From: Pseudomonadota bacterium
GTDB lineage: Bacteria; Bdellovibrionota_G; JALEGL01; DATDPG01
Length of the DNA stretch: 32,725 bases
Direction: 5' to 3'
Assembly (NCBI GenBank): GCA_043804515.1
Contig: JAZDIZ010000185.1
Location: 1 to 32,725 of the forward strand
The translations under genes and the position numbers were made by a program. Positions within the stretch are counted from its first letter, which is position 1, and every line of letters begins with the position of its first letter. This document shows positions 26,853 to 32,725 of the stretch, piece after piece. The notes under the pieces were generated by a model. It saw only the letters and a program-made list of their open reading frames with translations. It had not been told where the DNA came from and searched no databases.

Positions 26853-27622
26853 TTGAGGTCGAATTGAATGGCGAACCCGTCTTGTAACTCGGCGGCGAAT
26901 TTTGGAGGAGGCAAAGGAATAGGGGAAGACTTTTTTACGGCTCGGAGAACGGCTGCGTCGTAGGATGGGTTCCCCGAATTCTTTGAGATTGTGGCGTTTT
27001 CGATGTTCCCGGCCGAATCGATGTGAAACTCGACGACGACGACCGGCTTCACCTGATTCAGCCAGATCAAGTTTCCGGAAATAAGCTGTTTTACCTGCTC
27101 CATGTAAGCGGCCAACTCCGGGTCGATGGCCCCGGAGCCTCGGACTCCGCCGAACGGCGCGGCCGGCACCGCGCCTTTCTGTCCCGCCACGCCCGGGATG
27201 GACGGGAAATTGTCGGGTCTCGGCGTGGGTTGATGCGCAACCGAGCTCTCCAGGCTGGCAATGGCCGCCGCCATGGCTTTCCGTCGCGCCTCCTCCTCCC
27301 TGGCGGTTTTGGCCTCCTTTTCAGCCTTTCTTTTTTCCGCCTTCGTTATCTTCGCCTTCGGCGCTACGACTCGGGCCTCCTCGCGCTTCGCGGGGGGAGG
27401 CGGGACGGGTTGTACTTGGGGGGCCGGGAGTTTGTTGTCCGGCGTCTTCGGGGGGCCCTGAACCGTTGAGGCCCACATGACATTCAGCGGAGGCCCGCCG
27501 GAGGGTTCGAGCGTGAGCCGAGATGCGGCTCGGGAGGTTACTGTGGCGGTCGCGGCGATCAGGACGACGTGCACGGCGGCCGACCACCAAATCATTTTGC
27601 GGAACTGGAAGTCCTCGATCAT
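26849..27622 (-). CDS. tolA: TolA / TonB-family energy transducer
   Basis: N-terminal TM with S...H motif (WSAAVH), Pro-rich and Lys/Glu/Ala-rich linkers, C-terminal SGN..YD.AVLRAV...P.PP domain. Confidence 0.85.
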   Translation of the reverse strand: MIEDFQFRKMIWWSAAVHVVLIAATATVTSRAASRLTLEPSGGPPLNVMWASTVQGPPKTPDNKLPAPQVQPVPPPPAKREEARVVAPKAKITKAEKRKAEKEAKTAREEEARRKAMAAAIASLESSVAHQPTPRPDNFPSIPGVAGQKGAVPAAPFGGVRGSGAIDPELAAYMEQVKQLISGNLIWLNQVKPVVVVEFHIDSAGNIENATISKNSGNPSYDAAVLRAVKKSSPIPLPPPKFAAELQDGFAIQFDLK

Positions 27623-27649
27623 GGCGTGAGGGTCGGATGTGGCACGGCG

Positions 27650-28063
27650 TCAGCTCTCCGAATCGGTGATCATCCCCATCCGGTCGATGCCGGCGTTCTT
27701 GATGAGCGCCATTACTTTGACCACGAAGCCGTACGGGATCTTCCTGTCCGCCCGCAAAAAGATCTCCTTCTCGCGCTTGTTCTTGTAGATCCCCGCGAGC
27801 TTGTCGGTCAGGTCGTCCAGCTTGAATTGCGCATTGCCGATGAAAATCTGTTGCTTGTCGTTGATCGTGAGAATCACGTCGGTCTCTTTGGCAGCCACCA
27901 CCTTCTTGGACCTCGTCTCCGGCAGGTCCACATCGACATTCTTCTGAATGAGGGGCGCGGCCACCATAAAGATCACGAGGAGCACGAGCATGACGTCCAC
28001 GAACGGCGTGACGTTGATCTCCGATAGCGGTTCCGGTCCGCCGCTGCCCAGGGAGATCGCCAC
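27650..28063 (-). CDS. tolR: TolR / ExbD family protein
   Basis: EINVTPFVDVMLVLLVIFMV.AP, LRAD.IPYG.V. Start at GTG 28063, right after the tolQ stop. Confidence 0.92.
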   Translation of the reverse strand: MAISLGSGGPEPLSEINVTPFVDVMLVLLVIFMVAAPLIQKNVDVDLPETRSKKVVAAKETDVILTINDKQQIFIGNAQFKLDDLTDKLAGIYKNKREKEIFLRADRKIPYGFVVKVMALIKNAGIDRMGMITDSES

Positions 28064-28065
28064 GA

Positions 28066-28755
28066 TCAGCCCGTGCCCAGCTGGCGCTTTACAATGTTGA
28101 GGAAGTCGTTCGAAAAGTTGTCCATCTCCCTCGTGAGGAACTTGGTCTGGGAGACGCAATAATTGTAACCGATGACGGCCGGGATGGCTGCCAGGAGACC
28201 CACGGCCGTGGCGATCAGAGCCTCGGAGATTCCGGGAGCCACCACCGCGAGGTTGGTCGCCCCGGACGCGCCGATGTTCAGAAACGAGTTCATGATCCCC
28301 CACACGGTTCCGAAAAGGCCGATGAACGGCGCCGAGGTGCCGGTGGTGGCCAGAAACGGCGTGCGGCGTTCCAGGATCGTGATCTGGTCCGTGGAACTTC
28401 GGCGCAACGCCCGCTCCACGCTCACCAGGATCCCGTGGATTTCGTCCGCGGTGAACGACCAGTCCTTCCCCTTGTGGTCCTGCCGCATGTTGACCAGTTC
28501 CATGTAGCCGGCTTTAAACACCTGAGCGACGGGACAAAACGTCACCCCTTCGGCCCTTCGGTAGGCGGTCTCCATGTTCTTTTGGCTCCAGAAGAACTCC
28601 AGGAATTTCTCCGAGTTCCGGCGTGAGCGCCGGAGCACCTTAGCCTTCAGAATGATGATGGCCCACGAGATGACGGACATTCCGACGAGAAGAAGGAGAA
28701 CGCACTTCACCATGGGGCCGGCGTCCAGGATCAATTTCAAGACATTGAGTCGCAT
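28066..28755 (-). CDS. tolQ: TolQ / ExbB family proton channel
   Basis: LAT.G..APFIGLFGTVWGIM, VAPGISEALIATA.GL.AAIPAV. Confidence 0.95.
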   Translation of the reverse strand: MRLNVLKLILDAGPMVKCVLLLLVGMSVISWAIIILKAKVLRRSRRNSEKFLEFFWSQKNMETAYRRAEGVTFCPVAQVFKAGYMELVNMRQDHKGKDWSFTADEIHGILVSVERALRRSSTDQITILERRTPFLATTGTSAPFIGLFGTVWGIMNSFLNIGASGATNLAVVAPGISEALIATAVGLLAAIPAVIGYNYCVSQTKFLTREMDNFSNDFLNIVKRQLGTG

Positions 28756-28792
28756 ATTCGTTAGTACGGGGAGAGTATCGAATGGAGGTCGT

Positions 28793-29347
28793 CTGTCAAA
28801 GGGTCCGCTGAAAATTTCCGCGGCCGTGTTTGTTCTGGGCGGTGTCCTTTTTGCGGCTTATCAATACCTGCACCGGGTTGCGCCCGGGCGACCTGTGCCG
28901 GCACCGATCGCGTCGCCGACCCCGTTTTCGGCAGACGCAACCACGACGGTTACGGTCTACCTCCCCCGTGGAGATCTGACGGCTCTCGCGCCTACCGACG
29001 TCAAGGTTCCCAAGGAGCGCTCCCCGCTGGGGACGTGGGTTGCGTCCCTGGTCGAAGCCCTCTCGGTGCCGGCCGGCCCCGACACGGTGCCGATTTTCCC
29101 GGCCGGCACGCGCCCGAGAACCGCGTTTCTCGGTGAGGACGGAACGGTCTACGTCGATCTCCCCTCGGCCTCCCTTCAATCCTCAACGGCGGGGATCCAG
29201 TTGGAGATGCTGGCCGTCGAAGGATTCGCGAAAACGATTCTTTCGAACGTGGAGAACTCCCGCCGCCTGAAGATTCTGGCGGATGGGACGGACCGCGAGG
29301 CGTTCTGGGGACACGTGTACGTCCGCCGCCCGATCGAAATCCGGTGA
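28793..29347 (+). CDS. Membrane-anchored GerMN domain protein
   Basis: N-terminal TM, Pro-rich linker, P.FP.GT, VYVDL, E.LAV, ILADG..E.F.GH. Start uncertain: CTG 28793 follows GGAGG; GTG 28826 is an alternative. Confidence 0.7.
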   Translation: MSKGPLKISAAVFVLGGVLFAAYQYLHRVAPGRPVPAPIASPTPFSADATTTVTVYLPRGDLTALAPTDVKVPKERSPLGTWVASLVEALSVPAGPDTVPIFPAGTRPRTAFLGEDGTVYVDLPSASLQSSTAGIQLEMLAVEGFAKTILSNVENSRRLKILADGTDREAFWGHVYVRRPIEIR

Positions 29348-29379
29348 AGGGCGTGGTACCGTAAACGGCTGGCGAGGGA

Positions 29380-29820
29380 ATGCTTCCGGGGTTCAATCAC
29401 AATATCCGGCATCAGGGGCTTCTCTTCCACGTCCAGACGGAGGACGCGGGGGATCAGAACCCGTACGTCATCACGACCCTGTTTTTCTCCGGGAACGTGG
29501 TGGCGAGCCGGAGATCCAGCTACGAGAAGTTTGCCAAGCTCAAGGACAAGGACGAGATCGTGATGGCGATCATGAAAGACCAGCACAAAGAGATGCTGAA
29601 GGACCTGGTGAGCGATCGCCTGCGATCCGTTCAGCTGCTTCTTGGTCAGGCGCCGGGAGACCGGACCCCGGCCGCAGGCGCGAAACGTGGATCGCCGTCG
29701 GAAAGAGGCCTGAAGGAAAATCCCGCTTCACGGACGCTGGACGCGGATGCCGCGGTGAACCGTTCCCCGGACGAGCTGATCGGAGAGTTTCTCAAGAGAG
29801 AAGCGCCGAAAAAACCATGA
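29380..29820 (+). CDS. Conserved hypothetical protein preceding ftsE
   Basis: GAGGG RBS; GFNHNI.H.G..FHVQTED...P...T.LF..G and MKDQHKEML pattern, which I recall from deltaproteobacterial-type genomes; ATGA overlap with ftsE. Confidence 0.75.
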   Translation: MLPGFNHNIRHQGLLFHVQTEDAGDQNPYVITTLFFSGNVVASRRSSYEKFAKLKDKDEIVMAIMKDQHKEMLKDLVSDRLRSVQLLLGQAPGDRTPAAGAKRGSPSERGLKENPASRTLDADAAVNRSPDELIGEFLKREAPKKP

Positions 29821-30470
29821 TCCGGATGTTTCACGTCAGCAAGTCGTACACACGTGATAAGCCGGCCTTGGCGGACATCAACCTCAATATCGATAAAGGC
29901 GAGTTCGTGTGCGTGATGGGGCCCAGCGGCGCCGGGAAGACTACGCTTCTGAAGCTCGTTTTCTGCGCCGAGCGCGCGGATGACGGGCAGATCCTCGTGG
30001 ACGGCCGCAACATCGTCCGAATGGGAAGGAACCCTGTCGCCGAACTCCGCCGCTCGATCGGCGTCGTGTTCCAAGACTTCAAATTGATCGAGAGCCGGAC
30101 CGTATTCGAAAACGTCACCGTGCCGCTTGCGATCTTGGGGCTGCCTGCCGCCACGATCGAGAAACGCGGAATGCTCGTTCTCCGGCTGGTCGGGCTGGAA
30201 AACAGGGCTTACAGCATGCCGATCCGCCTGTCCGGGGGCGAGCAACAGCGGGTGGCGATCGCACGCGCCCTTGTAAACGACCCCAAGATCCTTCTTGCCG
30301 ACGAACCGACGGGAAATCTGGATCCGCAACTCACCGTGGAGATCCTGGATCTTCTGAAGGACGTGAATCTTAAGGGAACCACGATCCTCCTGGCTACGCA
30401 CGATCGCCAGATCTCGGACCACGTGGCGCGCCGCAGGTTGGATCTTCGGGAAGGAAAGATCGTCCGGTGA
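29817..30470 (+). CDS. ftsE: Cell division ABC ATPase FtsE
   Basis: Walker [50 protein letters not shown] 29817. Confidence 0.95.
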   Translation: MIRMFHVSKSYTRDKPALADINLNIDKGEFVCVMGPSGAGKTTLLKLVFCAERADDGQILVDGRNIVRMGRNPVAELRRSIGVVFQDFKLIESRTVFENVTVPLAILGLPAATIEKRGMLVLRLVGLENRAYSMPIRLSGGEQQRVAIARALVNDPKILLADEPTGNLDPQLTVEILDLLKDVNLKGTTILLATHDRQISDHVARRRLDLREGKIVR

Positions 30471-31375
30471 TGCGCGCCCTACGCATCGCGCGGTACTGTC
30501 TCTTCTCGGCGATCTCCAGTGTTCGCGGTTCCCTGGCGCTTCATCTGTTCACGGTGGTTACCGTGGCGGTTTCCTTCTTCATTCTGGGGGGGCTCCTTCT
30601 GGCCGCCGTGAACGTCCGGAATCTGGTGTTCGGCGCCCGTCAAATGACCCAGATGGCCGTGTATCTCGAGGATTCCTCCCCCTCCAAGACCGCCGGGGAA
30701 ATTCAGGCCCGATTCTGCACGCGGCCAATCGTGAAGGATTGCTCCTACATTTCGGCGAAGGCGGCACGGGAACAATTCGCCGGCGCAAATCCGGAACTCA
30801 AATCGATCCTTCAATCTCTCGAGACCAACCCGTTCCCGGGCTCGGTCCAGATCTTTCTGGATCCGGCCCAAAGAGACCGGCAGCGCCTCCAGAACTTCGC
30901 GAAGGAGCTCGAGACCCTGCCGGGGGTGATTTGGGTGGACGCCGGCGGGGAGTGGCTCTCCCGATGGTTCAAGATCCTGGATCTGGCGGATGGGCTGATG
31001 TGGGCCGTCGGCCTCGTGTTCGCGGCGAGCGCGGTATTCGTCATCAGCAACACGATCAAGCTCATGGTGTACGCCCGAAGGGACGAGGTCGAGATCCTGA
31101 GTCTGGTGGGGGCCACGTCGCGCGTGATCCGCACGCCGTTCGTTCTGGAGGGGCTCTTTCAGGGCCTGATGGGCGGATTGGTCGCGCTTGTCGCGCTCCG
31201 CCTCTTTTTTCTTTTTTCCATCCGTCAGTTCTTTCCCGCCGCCGGATTGGAGAGCGCTGGACCCGAGACGCTTCAGTTCCTGAGCACGCCCCACGCAGCC
31301 GCTCTCGTGGCGGGGGCGGCCCTCATCGGTGTGGTGGGCAGTGCCTGGGCCGTCGGGAGATTTCTCAAGTGGTAG
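30467..31375 (+). CDS. ftsX: Cell division permease-like protein FtsX
   Basis: Four-TM layout, [26 protein letters not shown]...I.PF.LEG. Confidence 0.93.
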   Translation: MMRALRIARYCLFSAISSVRGSLALHLFTVVTVAVSFFILGGLLLAAVNVRNLVFGARQMTQMAVYLEDSSPSKTAGEIQARFCTRPIVKDCSYISAKAAREQFAGANPELKSILQSLETNPFPGSVQIFLDPAQRDRQRLQNFAKELETLPGVIWVDAGGEWLSRWFKILDLADGLMWAVGLVFAASAVFVISNTIKLMVYARRDEVEILSLVGATSRVIRTPFVLEGLFQGLMGGLVALVALRLFFLFSIRQFFPAAGLESAGPETLQFLSTPHAAALVAGAALIGVVGSAWAVGRFLKW

Positions 31376-32511
31376 GGAAAGCCGCGGTTCTCCTGGCCTT
31401 TCTCTTTTTTCCCGCCGCTTGGGGGGCCTCTCAGGTCGAGGAACGTTCGAAAAATCTTAAAAAATACCAGGAGCAGATCGATCGCCAGAGGGAACGGCTT
31501 CGAGGCGTCGTAAAACGGGAAGTGTCCCTCCACCAGGAGCTGCAAAGGATCTCCTCGAGAATGGAGCAGCTCAACACGGAGATTGCCGGCCTCGAGAAAG
31601 AGCAAGCCCTGTTGGATTCGAGGATTCGCGGCGCATCCGAGGAAATCCAAGGGATGGGAACCGAAATCAAGGCGCAGGAGTCGGCTGTGGCGGCGGTGTT
31701 GAGACGGTTGTACATGGAAGGGCGTCCCAGCTATCTCAAGGCGCTGCTCCAGTCGGATTCCACGGAGGATTTCCGAAGGCGCCAGTTCCTCGTGAAAGCG
31801 TTCGTGGAGTTCGACGAGAAGGTCGTGGAAGTTTACCGCGCCCGCGTGGACGCACTTTCCTCCCGCAAGATCCGGTATGAGAACGATTTTTCACAGAGGA
31901 AGCGCGTCCGGGAGGAATTGGGGGCGCGCCGCGTTCAGCTGGCCGGCCAGCGGAGCGACCGGGCCGATCTGCTGGCTCTCGTTAAGAACCAGAAGGACTA
32001 TTACGAAAAGAACATCCGGGAAATGGAGAAGGCGGCCAAGGACCTTCAGCAATTGATCGAAACTCTGCAGCGGAGCCGGGTGACGGAGAACGTCGTGTTC
32101 GCGCGCCTCCGCGGGCAACTCCCGCTTCCAGTCCCGGGGGCGCTGGAGAGAAAATTCGGCGCGTACCGGGATCCCAAAGTTTCCGTCCAGTTGTACTACA
32201 AAGGAATCGATCTCAAAGCGGAGGACGGAGCGCCGGTCCGGGCGGTGTACGACGGGAAGGTGGCCTACGCCGATTGGTTCGTGGGCTATGGTAAGATCAT
32301 CATCCTCGATCACGGCGGCGGGTACTTCACGCTCTGTGCGCACCTGAAGGACATTCTAAAGCCGGTGGGGAGCGACGTGGTGGCCGGGGAGCCGATCGGC
32401 CACGTCGGGGATACCGGGTCGCTGAAAGGGTCGTATCTGTACTTCGAACTCCGGTACAAAGGGATCTCCCAGGACCCCTGGCCCTGGTTCGCGGCAAGCT
32501 CGAGGAAGTAG
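31369..32511 (+). CDS. envC: Murein hydrolase activator EnvC (coiled coil plus degenerate M23/LytM)
   Basis: Signal peptide from GTG 31369, long coiled coil, LytM domain with His ligands replaced (YKGID, YLYFE); follows ftsEX. Confidence 0.88.
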   Translation: MVGKAAVLLAFLFFPAAWGASQVEERSKNLKKYQEQIDRQRERLRGVVKREVSLHQELQRISSRMEQLNTEIAGLEKEQALLDSRIRGASEEIQGMGTEIKAQESAVAAVLRRLYMEGRPSYLKALLQSDSTEDFRRRQFLVKAFVEFDEKVVEVYRARVDALSSRKIRYENDFSQRKRVREELGARRVQLAGQRSDRADLLALVKNQKDYYEKNIREMEKAAKDLQQLIETLQRSRVTENVVFARLRGQLPLPVPGALERKFGAYRDPKVSVQLYYKGIDLKAEDGAPVRAVYDGKVAYADWFVGYGKIIILDHGGGYFTLCAHLKDILKPVGSDVVAGEPIGHVGDTGSLKGSYLYFELRYKGISQDPWPWFAASSRK

Positions 32512-32525
32512 GAAAGGAATCGGTT

Positions 32526-32725
32526 ATGACGAAGACAACGAAGGTTTTGGTGTTTCTCGGGGCGGTCCTCCTGGCGGCGGTGGGGCTGAGTCCCCGCGTG
32601 CAGGCCAAGGAAGCCGACGTCCTCCGAAAGCTCGAGGTGCTTGCGAAAGTGCTGGGATATGTGGAGACCAATTACGTCGAGCCGGTGAACGACGAGAAGC
32701 TGATCGACGAGGCGATCAAGGGGAT
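32526..32725 (+). CDS. Carboxy-terminal processing protease (S41), 5' part; runs off the window
   Basis: Manual translation MTKTTKVLVFLGAVLLAAVGLSPRVQAKEADVLRKLEVLAKVLGYVETNYVEPVNDEKLIDEAIKG; the NYVEPV..LI..AI.G pattern is typical of CtpA; usual position after envC. Confidence 0.8.
   Translation, partial: MTKTTKVLVFLGAVLLAAVGLSPRVQAKEADVLRKLEVLAKVLGYVETNYVEPVNDEKLIDEAIKG

Noticed and set aside
30739..31368. Extended 590-aa EnvC ORF (similar extensions exist for ftsE, mazG, tolR and GerMN)
   Set aside because: Out-of-frame overlap with the upstream gene and low-complexity Arg/Gly/Pro translation; not a fusion.
32100..32511. Loss of zinc-binding His residues in the M23 domain as a sign of pseudogenisation
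   Set aside because: A degenerate LytM site is the normal state of EnvC.

Overview
A gene-dense, GC-rich bacterial chromosomal window. The gene set looks diderm and resembles deltaproteobacterial lineages (Myxococcota/Bdellovibrionota-like); this assignment is inference only. The housekeeping backbone is tRNA-Pro(TGG), amidase-rph-rdgB, nadE-nadK, recO-mazG, tolQRAB-ppx and GerMN-hypothetical-ftsEX-envC-ctpA (ctpA truncated at the window end). Accessory envelope genes are interleaved. The most notable observations are: (1) a MurQ etherase fused to an intact HAD phosphatase and translationally coupled to a GlcD/D-lactate-dehydrogenase-like flavoprotein, a candidate three-activity MurNAc-6-P salvage module; (2) a tandem array of three TMTC-like (GT-C plus TPR) putative protein glycosyltransferases with mosaic identical DNA tracts, plus a fourth GT-C-like gene; (3) a tandem duplication of an 8-Cys pilin-like gene that carried along its promoter and the tail of the upstream gene; (4) a 24-bp duplication of the tRNA-Pro 3' end bracketing a hairpin-rich spacer with no integrase, and similar architecture at the window start; (5) an unannotated 55-aa acidic small ORF behind a sigma54-like motif; (6) a recurrent pattern suggesting near-leaderless transcripts. 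All product calls come from motif recognition by eye, not database searches, and several start codons were re-assigned from the ORF track.
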